From Hyaloraphidium curvatum SAG 235-1 (Eukaryota; Fungi; Monoblepharomycota): a DNA stretch of 64,000 bases. Under the pieces are notes generated by a model. It did no database searches, was not told the DNA's origin, and worked only from the letters and a program-made list of their open reading frames with translations. The stretch lies in NCBI GenBank assembly GCA_025558095.1, contig JAIVFI010000025.1, forward strand, positions 434,001 through 498,000, in the 5' to 3' direction. The position numbers and the translations under genes were made by a program. Numbering within the stretch: position 1 is the stretch's first letter; each line of letters begins with the position of its first letter. Shown here piece by piece: positions 21,531-32,310 of this stretch.

Positions 21531-23268
21531 ATGATAGAGATGGCCTCAAGGCCGACATCTCCACGTCCACCGGCGCGGGTTCTCGTGATAGGATGCGGGA
21601 ATCGCGGGACTGTCTACTCCTTCGCGACGCTCCAGTTCCCCGAGCTCGGAACCGTGCACGCGCTCGCAGATCCGAAACCTGCGCGTCTCGCCGCTCTGGC
21701 CAGGCGCTTTGCTGTGCCTCAAGAGAGACTGTTTGCCTCGCACGTGGATATGCTCGATGCTCTCGACTCCGGTCGCCTGCGAGGCGATGCAGCAGTCGTG
21801 GCTGTTCCCGACAGCCTCCACGCTACAGTTGTCGAACGGGTCAGCGGTCACGGCCTACATATCTTGTGCGAAAAGCCAATGGCTACATCTATTGAGGGTA
21901 CGAGTGCTCATTTTCGCTCTAGCTTGCGCGGTAATCCTGACCTTGGAACAGAGTGCGTCGCGATCTCGCGGAATTCCCTGCGGTCTGCAAAACTGTTCGG
22001 CATTGGGCACGTGCTGCGATACACGCAGGCGAACATGCAGCTGAAGGCCCTGCTTGATTCCGGAGTCATTGGCCCCCTCGTGGCTCTCACGCACATCGAG
22101 CCCGTCGGTTGGTTTCACTTTGCTCATTCCTGTACGTCCTGCTGCTGCTGCTGCTCCGCTTCTTTGCTGAACAAAGCCTGCGCGCTCGCCAGACGTCAGG
22201 GGCAACTGGAGGAGCGAGAAAGAGTCGAGCTTCACGCTCTTGACGAAGAGCTGTCATGATCTCGATGTCATCCACTGGTTCGTTGGCGACCACGACAACG
22301 CCGTCCTCCCGGACGGAAAGTCGCCATCCGTGACCTTGCGGAATCGCAAGGAGGGCAAACCAGCACAGCGGACCATAGCCAATCCCATGGAGCGGGTAGC
22401 TGCTTTCGGAGGCAGGAACCAGTTCCGGAAGGAACGTAAACCAAAGGATGCGGGTGATGCCCGCAGATGTTTGGATTGCGCCTACGAGCCGAATTGCCCT
22501 TACTCGGCGAAGCGTCTGTACCTGGATCCGCTGCTGGACTCGCTAGGCGTGCTCGACAGAGCGAGAGCCGACGTGCCTCGATATTCGCCGTTCACGACCC
22601 CGGTTCCGCGTTCTGCAGGTCACGTGGGGGACATAGAAGATACCCCAATCGCCGTCGGATGGCCCGTCGACATCGTGGTCGAGCCGCCTGTTACGGTGAG
22701 GAAGGTCAGACAGGCCCTTCGTGAAGGCCGATACGGGACCTGCATCTACGAATCGGACAATGACGTACCGGACAACTACGCGCTCTCGTTTTCATTCCGC
22801 TCTGGCCTTACGGGCACGTTCACACTCGTGTCCACTTCGATCTACGAGACGGGCCTGGACCGCCGCACTCGAATATGTGGTGCAAGAGGAGAGCTCGAGA
22901 CGGACGGCAAGACGGTCAAATGGACGGACTTCACCTCCAACTCAAGCCGCACTTTTGATCCCTACGCGGATGGCGTGGTGTCCGCAGAGCTGATACCTGA
23001 TACCCCACTTATTGCACCGCCGAAGGTTGACGCCGGTCCAGTCTTCTCAGGTGGTCATGGTGGCGGAGACCCCGCGCTAATGTATGGCTTCCTAAAGGCG
23101 ATCGCGCTGGACGATGCATCTATGCTGCGCAGCTCCGCCATCGAGGCCCTGGAGAGCCACATCTACGTCTTTGCAGCGGAAGAGAGCAGGAGGACCGGCA
23201 GGATTGTGGACGTGAACGAGTTTCGGCAGAGGGTCGGCGCGGCTCTAGAAGATGCTGCAAAGCTGTAA
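21531..23268 (+). CDS. Gfo/Idh/MocA family oxidoreductase (3 exons)
   Basis: VIGCGNRG, LCEKPMA, GHVLRY, HFAHS|YVRGNW, KSCHDLD, GHGGGD. Confidence 0.92.
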
Positions 23269-23296
23269 TCAAGATCCCAAAAGACAGACAATCACA

Positions 23297-25512
23297 TCAC
23301 TCCTGCACCGAGTCGTAAAGCCTTTTGAGAACAGGCAGGAAGCGCTCGCGGAGCTGCGGCCGCTTGTTCTTCATCGAAGGCGTTATGAGACCCTCTTCAG
23401 GGGTGAACGGATCGGGATGAAGGGCGATCGCCTGTCCCGGGATCAAGGTTTAGCTCAGCCGGCACCGTAAGCTCAAGCAAACCAACCTTTGGTATCTCGA
23501 ATCCAAGCAGCCCATTCTGCTTGCCAGTCTTGATCACCTCCTCCATCACCAGCTTCACGAGATCGGGGTCTGAGCACAACTCCTTCAGGCTGCCGCTCTT
23601 TTTCTTGTCCTTTGCCCAACCCGCAACACGTTCCGGATCCGGGACAAACACCGCGACCAGCCAGCGCTGGGCGAGCTCCCCGTACACGAAAGTTTGGGCG
23701 ATCCAAGGGGAGCGCAGGAGGACGGCCTCAATCTTTTCCGGCGCGACGTACTCTCCCTGCGACAGCTTGAAGACGTTCTGTGTCGCGGGTCAGCACATTT
23801 CCATTGATGGATGACGATGCTACCAACCTTGCTGCGATCAATGATCCTGAACGTTCCGTCCGGAAGCAGTTCGGCAACGTCCCCTGTCATCACGAATCCG
23901 TCGCCGTCGATGGTCTCGGCAGTCTTTCCCGGTTCTTTGTAGTAGCCCGCAAAGGCGTTCGGCCCGCGGCAGCAAATCTCCCCCCGCGGGTTGGGGCTGT
24001 CGCGCGATGTGTAGCCCAACTCCGGCACGTCCTTGAGGATCACGTCGACATAGTGAAGGGGAACGCCGACTGTGGACCCGAACGGGCCGTATGGGTTGTT
24101 GACGCCGGTCGATGTGATCACTGGGCAAGCACGTCAGCGACTCCAACCACGGAGAAGATCGTGAGATACCCACGACCGGTCGTTTCGGTCTGCCCGTAGA
24201 GCTCCGACACCTTGACGCCGAACACGACCCGTGCAAACTCAAGCACAGCTCCATCGATCGCCGCCGCCCCAATGAACCAGCACCGCACCCTGCCGCCGAT
24301 CAGCTGCTGGAATTTGTGGAAGGCGCCCCCAGGTCGATCGTGCTCCGAGTCGTTGGTCACGATTCCCTGCTCGAGCATCAATCGGCGCTTTGCCGTGTAG
24401 GCCGCGTCGAAGCGCGAACGGGCTTCGGGTCCCTCGGCGTCCACCATGGTCCGCACCTGCGCCACGAGCCGGTTGAGCACCCGCGGCACGAACCCGAAGA
24501 AGGTGGGCTTGCAGATCTGGACGTCGGAGAACATCTCGACCGCCCCATTGCTCCCAAACGCAATCGGTACGCCGCGGCTCATCCACGACCAGCTGCCCCA
24601 CCGGTCTCCAACGTGCGCAGAGGGCAGGTACGAGTAACTGATGTCCTTGGATGCTTCGGGGAAGAAGCCTAGGCTGGGTCCGTTGGCAGCGTTCACGATG
24701 TAGACGAAGTTGGCGTGGTTCAGAATCGACCCTTTGGGTTTTCCCGTCGTGCCCGAGGTGCTGATGATTGAGAACGGGGCCTTGGGATCCTTGGCCGGCT
24801 TGGGCGGGAGCACGTTGGCGGCGCCGGTTTGCAAGAACCTTTCGTACTCGTGGAACACGAGTCCCACGACCCGGCCCTCGGCGAGCTCGCTTTCGGGGGG
24901 CATCGGCCCGGCAATGACGAGGTGCTGCAGCGTGGGCACCTTGCCTTCCCGCTTGAGCCTGACCATCCGCCCCGTGTTGGCCGCGGAGCAGAAGACAACG
25001 CGGAGGTCGCAGAGGACGATGATGTGGCCGGCGAAATCATCGTCCGATGTCGTGTACAGAGGCGCCGAAACAAAGTCGTAGGCGACGCAGGCGACGTCCG
25101 TCGTGTACCAGGGACTTCCATTCGGGAGCATCAAACCAACCATCGAATCCAGGCTCCCAGACTTTAGGCCGCAGACGCGCTGAAGCGCAGTCCCCAGCGC
25201 GAGCGCCCTCCGGTGCACGTCGTCGTATGTCTCCCAGACGTAGGCCGAGCCGGAGCGCGTTCCAAAGCCGGCGCCCGTGGCCTTGCGAGCGAGCTCCACG
25301 CCTCCGAGCCAGATGTCCCACACGGTTTTGCTGGTGTCGACGTGCCATTCAGCGGCACCCTGAGGGGTGTCGAGATTGCGGATGAGCCCGGTCTGGCCGG
25401 GTTTCGTGGAAGGGGAGACGACGGATAGCTTCATCGCTGCACGCGCCCGGACGGCCGCCGTCTCGGCTGGCGAGTAGTCCGCGCCGTTTTCGATGCGCTC
25501 GAGCGATGCCAT
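23297..25512 (-). CDS. Long-chain fatty acyl-CoA synthetase (4 exons)
   Basis: STSGTTGKPKG, SYLPSAH, YGQTET, TGDVAE, IIDRSK|NVFKLSQGEYVAPEKIE, LITPSMKNKR. Confidence 0.93.
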
Positions 25513-26109
25513 GGCGGTGTGAAGCGACGCGATGCCGAGCTTTTGTGACCCCGGAGAGAGTTTGTCGCCCAAGCCGGCTCTCGAGTGGCGAAGTGGAAGT
25601 GGCAAAACACTGCGAAGGCCCGGACGACGTCCGCTGGACACTCAATTGAAATGCCAATTTGGAATTGTCGTTACTTTGCATGATGGCAGCGAGCAGGAGC
25701 GTCGATCTTCCCCCTAACAAGGAAACAAGGAGGCTGAGGCGCGTGATCTCGAAGGCACTCGGATGGAAGGAAGGGGAGCCGGGGGGCAACCAAACAGAAC
25801 CAGTGAGTGCCTTTGCTCGGTGACGGCTCTTGGCTGCTGCCCACGGCGACCGGGTCTGGCAAAGGACGTCGGGCGCGATCGGTTGGCCGACGAACATGGT
25901 CCCACCGAGATGCATCGGATTCCCACGAAAACCTGGCAACAAAGGCGTCCTGCTCCCAGCCTTTTGTATCGACCATCACATTCTGCGAAATGGAGACGGC
26001 TCGGTGTTTGCAAGGGAAACGTGAGTCCCCGAAATCCCGAGATTGGCTGAAGATAGAGACAATCGAACGTTCCCGAATGGCGCCAGGCAACAGGTGCAAA
26101 CCGGGGAAG

Positions 26110-26856
26110 ATGGCCACCGAAACGTCCTCTCTCGTACAAGGAGCAGTGGCCGCCATTGAGCCCGAGTGCCGGATCTGCCAGGAGGCCGAGCTAGACGGGG
26201 ACCCGCTCGTGACTCCCTGCCGCTGCCGCGGGTCGGCCGCGCACGTGCACCGCAGCTGCATCCTGCGATGGCGCACCGCCGGCTACGGCGTCCTGCAGCG
26301 CTGCGAGATATGCGCAGCCTCGTTCGACGACAGCGCGGCGGTGCCTCCTGGACACGAAGCGCGCCCCGCAGCCGCCAAAGGAGCATATGCGGGGGGCTGC
26401 CCGCCGGCGGGCTTCCGCTCGCCCGTCATTACGACGCTCACCACAACCGCCGTCGTCGGCTGCTGCTCGTACACCGCATTCCACTTCTTCCGCGCCGGTC
26501 TCGGACACTTTGTCGCGGCAGGCGCCTCCCGGGACTTCCTGGCCATTGCATTCGTGCTGCTCACCGCCCATGCCACCGGTTCTGCTGTTCTCGCGCAGCT
26601 GTTCTTTTTGTACGTTCGGGGGCCGGCCGATAGGCCCTCGGCCGGCAGCTTCCAGGTGCCGTTGCTCCCGCGGCTCTTTGCCACCGCAGCGCACCTGTTC
26701 AGGAACCCGAAGGAGCTCATGGGCCTGGGGTTATATTTCTTTGGAGCGCCGTACATCTACCTGCTGGCCGCCGTCGTCCACCCGGCAGCCGATTCGGCGC
26801 TCCGACGGGTCGAGGACGCGTGGGGGAACCTGCTCGCCGTCAGGCGTGTTGTTTGA
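26110..26856 (+). CDS. RING-CH (RINGv/MARCH-like) E3 ligase with TM helices, tandem copy 1
   Basis: CRIC...PCRCRGSAAHVHRSCILRW...CEIC (C4HC3) followed by hydrophobic helices. Confidence 0.88.
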   Translation: MATETSSLVQGAVAAIEPECRICQEAELDGDPLVTPCRCRGSAAHVHRSCILRWRTAGYGVLQRCEICAASFDDSAAVPPGHEARPAAAKGAYAGGCPPAGFRSPVITTLTTTAVVGCCSYTAFHFFRAGLGHFVAAGASRDFLAIAFVLLTAHATGSAVLAQLFFLYVRGPADRPSAGSFQVPLLPRLFATAAHLFRNPKELMGLGLYFFGAPYIYLLAAVVHPAADSALRRVEDAWGNLLAVRRVV

Positions 26857-27233
26857 AGCGGACCAAAGTCATGGATAGACTGAGTTGAGGGGGAATGTAT
26901 TTGGGGCTCCTGTGTCTGACGGTGCGCGTGGAGGAGGGATAACCACTGCTTCGAACATAACAACAGCGGATGGGGCGGGGAGGAGACGGAAGGCCAGGCA
27001 CTGAAAAGAGCTGTACTGCATCCTGTACACATCCGACTCAAATTTCCAGCTTGTTTCGTTCGCTGCGATTGTTTCCGTTCGGAACTGTCCGCGATTCCAT
27101 GCGGGGTTCGGCGAGATGGCTGAACATTCCATCGAAGGCCAGGAGGGAGACCCATAAAGGGCGCCCTTCCCCGCGCTCAGGCATACAATCGTCGACGAAT
27201 CGCCCCGAGTACTTCCGCTCTTGACCTAGAACC

Positions 27234-27971
27234 ATGCCGCTCGCCCGACCGGACGCCGAGTGCCGCATCTGCCGCGAGCCCGAGCTCGACGGCGACCCGC
27301 TCGTCACACCGTGCCTCTGTCGGGGTTCGGTCGCCCATGTGCACAAGAGCTGCATCGTCAGGTGGCGCACCACGGGCTACAGTATTCTGCGGCGCTGCGA
27401 GATGTGCGCCAAGACCTTCGGCCCCGCCGCCGCGGTGCCGGCCAAACCGGACCCGCGCCCGGAGGCCCAGAGCGCCCGCGCCGCGCGGCCCGCGCCCGAG
27501 CGCGAACTCTCCGCCCGCGAACGCTTTGCCGTCGGCATTCTCCTGCTCTCCTGCGGCGCGGCCGCCGCCTTCCACCTCTTCCGCGCCGCGCTCGCCTTAC
27601 TGCTCGGCGGGACGCCCTCCGACGGCCTGGCGGTCGCGTGCGTGCTCCTTGCCGCCCACGCAACAGGATCGGCTTTTTTCGGGGGACAATTCCTCAAGCT
27701 CGCCCGGTCTTCAGGCGGCAGCTCGACCCCGGCCGAACCACTGGCCAAGCAGCTGCGATCGGCCGCCGCGCACATTCGCGCCAACCCCGTGGACCTGTCG
27801 GCCATGGCGCTGTACGCTCTCGTAGGGCCGTACCTGTACCTTGTCCTCGGCGTGGCCAACCCGGCCGCGGAGATGATGCTGCGGCGTGCAGAGCGGGCGT
27901 GGGGCATGCTGCGGGATGCCAGAGCAGCCGCGTGGCCGGGCGAGAGGGTCGCGGGCCAAGATACACTGTAG
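27234..27971 (+). CDS. RING-CH E3 ligase with TM helices, tandem copy 2
   Basis: CRIC...PCLCRGSVAHVHKSCIVRW...CEMC plus TM helices sharing the AHATGS motif. Confidence 0.88.
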   Translation: MPLARPDAECRICREPELDGDPLVTPCLCRGSVAHVHKSCIVRWRTTGYSILRRCEMCAKTFGPAAAVPAKPDPRPEAQSARAARPAPERELSARERFAVGILLLSCGAAAAFHLFRAALALLLGGTPSDGLAVACVLLAAHATGSAFFGGQFLKLARSSGGSSTPAEPLAKQLRSAAAHIRANPVDLSAMALYALVGPYLYLVLGVANPAAEMMLRRAERAWGMLRDARAAAWPGERVAGQDTL

Positions 27972-28458
27972 AACAGTGATGCGAAGATGCAGTTTATCCT
28001 GTTCTAGCCGCAGCTGTGCCCGTTGCGCTTGATGAACTCTAGTGCCCGAGAGTTTTGCACACCCACTTGCCAAGTCGCCACTGATGGGATCGGGACGAGC
28101 ATCCTCAGCGGGACGTGACCGTAGGAAGTTATCAGCGGACGATGACCGTCGATGATGGCGGTTCGGCGTCAGCGCGTGCCCAATCCATTCCAGCCAATCC
28201 GAGCCCCGATTCAGCGCTACTGATTCCACGTCGATTCCCGCGGCCAACGCAAGAACGGAGGAGCGTCCACCTATTCGGAACCTGCTTTCTATTGCCTTTC
28301 CTCGAAAGCAACGTGGGTCGAACCGCCTGGCTGACCGTATTCCATCGAAGGGCTGGTGCCAAGAAGAGACTATCACGAGCTTTCCGAGTTTCCGCGGAGC
28401 TCAGGCATATAATCCTCGCCCACGACCCGCAGCGCCATTCCACAACAGTGCTACACCA

Positions 28459-29142
28459 ATGTCTTTCTCTTTCCGCGTACCCGAGTGCCGTATCTGCCGC
28501 GAGCCGGAGCTCGATGAGGACCCGCTCGTCACGCCGTGCCTGTGCCGCGGGTCTGTCGGACACGTACACAAGAGCTGCATCGTGCGGTGGCGCACCACCG
28601 GCTACAGCGTGCTGCGGCGCTGCGAGATGTGCGCCAAGACCTTCGGGCCCGCCGCGGCCGTGCCGCAGCCCGAGAAGGACGATGCTTGCCTGCGGGAGGG
28701 ACCCGAGCGCTCGGGCTCGCCGCTCGTCGCTGCCCTCCTCGCCGTTGGCCTTTTCGCCGGATGCGCTTTCGCCGGCCTCCGGTTCTTTCACGGCGCGCTG
28801 AGCTTTGTGCTCGCTGCCCCGCCGCCGAAGGGCATGGCCACGGCGCTCGTGCTTTTCGTCGCCCACGCCGCGGGCTCCGTCGTGCTCGCGAAGCAAGTCA
28901 AGTCGATGATGCGGTCTTCGGGCGGCAGCGTCGCCTCGGCCGGCGAGCCGCTGTCTTCACGGCTCCGGACGACCGCCGCGCATTTCCTCGGCCACCCGCG
29001 GGACCTCGCAGTCGCGACTGCGTACGTTTCCATCGCGCCGTACATGTATGCCCTCGTCGGCATTGCGTACCCGGCGGCGGATGCGCTTGTGCGGCGGGCG
29101 CAGATGGCTTGGTGGGAGCTCCGTCATCCTAAGTTCTTTTGA
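28459..29142 (+). CDS. RING-CH E3 ligase with TM helices, tandem copy 3
   Basis: RING nearly identical to copy 2; TM part contains AHAAGS. Confidence 0.86.
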   Translation: MSFSFRVPECRICREPELDEDPLVTPCLCRGSVGHVHKSCIVRWRTTGYSVLRRCEMCAKTFGPAAAVPQPEKDDACLREGPERSGSPLVAALLAVGLFAGCAFAGLRFFHGALSFVLAAPPPKGMATALVLFVAHAAGSVVLAKQVKSMMRSSGGSVASAGEPLSSRLRTTAAHFLGHPRDLAVATAYVSIAPYMYALVGIAYPAADALVRRAQMAWWELRHPKFF

Positions 29143-29246
29143 GGGGGAAAGCTGCGAACACGGATGCCTCTATAGATGGGAAATGGTGTAACTGACTCGG
29201 CGCAAACACAACTGCATTCATGCTTCTCTGAGCGAAAGCGACCATT

Positions 29247-29330
29247 TGCGCCTTGAGGACGGAAAGCGATGTTATCAGTTCACTACTGCGCCTTGAGGAC
29301 GGAAAGCGATGGTATCAGTTCACTACTGCG
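29247..29330. repeat. 40-bp tandem direct repeat, ~2.1 copies
   Basis: tgcgccttgaggacggaaagcgatg(t/g)tatcagttcactac twice with one mismatch, then tgcg. Confidence 0.95.
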
Positions 29331-29590
29331 CAAGAGGAACAACCCAAAAGTGCCACCGAAATCAGCAGAGAAGCGGATGGACATGTTTCTCTTTGTTCCG
29401 CCGTCGTTTCGGTGCTCGGACTCGGAGCTTGAAAGCCCGATTGCCACAGAGCTCAGTGAACGATTCGGCCGGGTCGTCCCTTGCCACCGTCTCCCGGTCC
29501 TCTCTCGGCTCCTCCGGCACGAATCGTTCACGAGCCGGCTCGTTCGGCACGCCGAGGAACTCAGCATTTAACAAGGTCGCAAGTCCCGCG

Positions 29591-30922
29591 ATGGACGCCG
29601 CCTCGCTCCGCGACCTCGCCCGCGATGCCTTCACCTTCTTCTACCCTCTCGTGCTCATGGACATTTCCCGCGCCCAAATGACCGAAACCGGCCCCGGCCC
29701 GGTCCGGGCGCCGGCCAACGCCTTCGCGCACAACCCCTCGTTCCCAAAGGGCGGGTTCAAGGGGGTTGTCAGGCCCAACTTTGACACCTACTACACCATC
29801 GCGTGGCTCGACCTCCGCGCCGGCCCCGTCGTGCTGTCGACGCCCGCCGCGCCCGACGGGCCTTACTACATCCTGCAGGCGCTGGACCTGTGGACCGACG
29901 TGTTCGCGTCCATCACGCCGCGCAACACGGGCCGCGAGGCCGGGCACTACGCGTTCGCGGGGCCCGGGTGGAAGGGCGCCCTCCCCGATGGAGTGGTCCG
30001 CGTGGACGCGCCGACGAACGTCTGCTGGATCCTGGGGCGCACCGCGGCCTCGGGCCCAGAAGACGCGCGGGCGAGGGCGATACAGAAGGGTTACCGCGCG
30101 GTGCCGCTGGCCCACTGGCCGGGTGAGGCGCCCCCCGTGCAGCACCTCAAGAACCCCAAGGTGGATTTCAGGACGCCGCCGCCCAAGCAGGTCGACCGGA
30201 TGCCCGCGCGGGCCTTCTTCGCGCTCGCGGCCAAGCTGCTGGTGGACAACCCGCCGCACCACGTGGACTGGCCGATCCTGCAGCGGCTCCGCCGCGCCGG
30301 GTGGCAGCAAGGGGCCGGATTCCCCTCCTTCCCGGACGCGCTCGAGTCCGCGCTCGAATCAGGAGTCGGCGACGCCCGCCGCTCCATTGCGGCGGCGATG
30401 GAGCGCGCCGGCACCCTGGCCAACGGTTGGCGCACCTCAATGGACCTTGGCACCTACGGGGCGGACTATCTCAAGCGCGCCGCGACGGCGCTGTTCGGGA
30501 TCGGCGCCAACGTGCCCGAAGATGCGCTCTACCCGGCGCTGTGGACTGACGCCGACGGGCTACCGCTCGAGGGGAAGGAGGCCTACGTGGTCCGGTTCGA
30601 AAGGGGCAAGCTGCCGCCGGCGGGGACGAGGGCGTTCTGGAGCCTCACGCTGTACGACGCCGAGGGGTACCCCGTGGCCAACAGGCTCAACAGGTACGCG
30701 CTGGGGGATCGGGATTCGCTGGTCCTCGGGGCGGACGGGTCGCTCGAGATAATCGCGGGAGGGCCCGAGCCGACCGACCCGCGCCGCCTGGCGAACTGGC
30801 TGCCGGCGGGGGAGGGCAGGTTTACGATGATGCTGCGGGTGTATGAGCCGCGGGCAGAGATGCGGGAGGGGACTTGGCTGCCGCCTCCCGTGAGGAAGGT
30901 GGGCAGTGCGAGCAAGCTTTGA
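29591..30922 (+). CDS. DUF1254/DUF1214 domain protein, intronless
   Basis: YPLVLM, VVRPNFDTYYTIAWLDL, DLWTDVF, GTYGADYLKRA, GANVPEDALYP, AFWSLTLYD, NWLPA, MLRVYEP; ends SKL (possible PTS1). Confidence 0.9.
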   Translation: MDAASLRDLARDAFTFFYPLVLMDISRAQMTETGPGPVRAPANAFAHNPSFPKGGFKGVVRPNFDTYYTIAWLDLRAGPVVLSTPAAPDGPYYILQALDLWTDVFASITPRNTGREAGHYAFAGPGWKGALPDGVVRVDAPTNVCWILGRTAASGPEDARARAIQKGYRAVPLAHWPGEAPPVQHLKNPKVDFRTPPPKQVDRMPARAFFALAAKLLVDNPPHHVDWPILQRLRRAGWQQGAGFPSFPDALESALESGVGDARRSIAAAMERAGTLANGWRTSMDLGTYGADYLKRAATALFGIGANVPEDALYPALWTDADGLPLEGKEAYVVRFERGKLPPAGTRAFWSLTLYDAEGYPVANRLNRYALGDRDSLVLGADGSLEIIAGGPEPTDPRRLANWLPAGEGRFTMMLRVYEPRAEMREGTWLPPPVRKVGSASKL

Positions 30923-30978
30923 GGTTGCGGGGGCCAAGAGTGGTGTGCACATGAATTGGTATCAGACAGATCGCTCGG

Positions 30979-31938
30979 CTACATGCCCGCGGCGTCCAAC
31001 GCCCGCACAACGACCTCCTCCATCTCGAAAAGCCCGCTCAGGTGCCCACCGTGGACGTGGACGACCTCGGCGTCCGGGTACTCCCTTACCAACCATTCGC
31101 CCATGCCGTTCGGGGCCCGGTCGTCCCCCTTGCCCATGACTACGAGCACCTTGCCCCTTCCCTTGAGCTCCCGCAGGACGAATCCCCAGTCGGCGTTGAT
31201 TTCCGTCGCGCACCCGAGGAAGCACTCCCATCCCCCCGCCACGGCCTCGGCGGCGCCACGGGCCATGCCGCGCTCCAGCTCGCCCTCGGCTACGCCGTAG
31301 CGAGCCCGCCACTCGGCAAAGCGCTCGCGCTCGGCGGCGTCCATGGTGTCGAAGAGGGTGTCCTTCATGAAGGCGAGCGCGCCCTCTTCAGTGCTCAGCT
31401 TCGAGCTGGTGATCCAGCTTGCGATGCGCAGCACGGGCAGATAGAGCGACGGCCGGCCGACGGCGAGGTAGGTGCCCCAGCCCATGTCCCGCGAATAGTC
31501 CGCGTGCAAGGCGAACGGGGAGAAGGGCGCCATGAGCAGTGCCCCAACGAGGCAGCCGGCAAACTCGAACGCGGAGGCCGGCGCGCCGTAGACCACCTGC
31601 GCGTGCACGGTGCCGTACGAGCCGCCGGCGACGAGCAGCCGCAGGGTTTCGGGCTTCTTGCCGAGCGCACGCAGCAGGTCGGCCACCGCGGCCGGGAGCC
31701 ACGTCGCGAGGGGCCCGGCGCCGGGCGGGAACTTGGAGCCGCCCTGGCCCGGCGGGGTAATCGCGATCCAGTGGATGCCGCGGGTCTTGAGCAGGGGTTC
31801 GAAGCGCGTCTCGGCCGACGCCACGCCGAAAAGGCCTGGCCAGAAGATTACGGTCTTTTCCGAGGCGGGCACGCCGGCGGACGAGTACTGGAGCGCGCCG
31901 CCCGCAGGCAGCGCGTGGACGAAAGTTGGCGTGGGCAT
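30979..31938 (-). CDS. Alpha/beta hydrolase
   Basis: PPGQGGS, nucleophile elbow GGSYG, GKGDD, HGGHL. Confidence 0.82.
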   Translation of the reverse strand: MPTPTFVHALPAGGALQYSSAGVPASEKTVIFWPGLFGVASAETRFEPLLKTRGIHWIAITPPGQGGSKFPPGAGPLATWLPAAVADLLRALGKKPETLRLLVAGGSYGTVHAQVVYGAPASAFEFAGCLVGALLMAPFSPFALHADYSRDMGWGTYLAVGRPSLYLPVLRIASWITSSKLSTEEGALAFMKDTLFDTMDAAERERFAEWRARYGVAEGELERGMARGAAEAVAGGWECFLGCATEINADWGFVLRELKGRGKVLVVMGKGDDRAPNGMGEWLVREYPDAEVVHVHGGHLSGLFEMEEVVVRALDAAGM

Positions 31939-32310
31939 CGGGGCAGTCGGTTCCGAGTGTTGAGTTCCGACTTGGCCTGTTTACGCGACGCTGTGCGCCG
32001 CAGAAGAGCATGCAAACTCGGGCCGAATCCGCAGAACAAGACTCCGCTACGGAGAGTTGCTCCTTCTAGGAAGTTTGCAGAAAGCTCACTCCCAAGTGGC
32101 CTCCGTCTCTACTCCCCGGATAGCTTCCGGTCGACCAGATCGCCGAGTGACGTCATGTGTGGACTGCGGATTTCGGTGACCTCCAGGGCTGCACCCGCGC
32201 CACCTATACATCCGGAACATGGCTCATTATGCTGCGGGAGAGCAGCAGAGCAGTGATATGCGCTGCCGGGACCGCAGGATGCTGTGGAGCTGTTGCATGA
32301 AGCGGCCGGC

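Noticed and set aside
29247-29330. CRISPR-like repeat
   Set aside because: Two abutting copies, no spacers, no cas genes, eukaryotic context.
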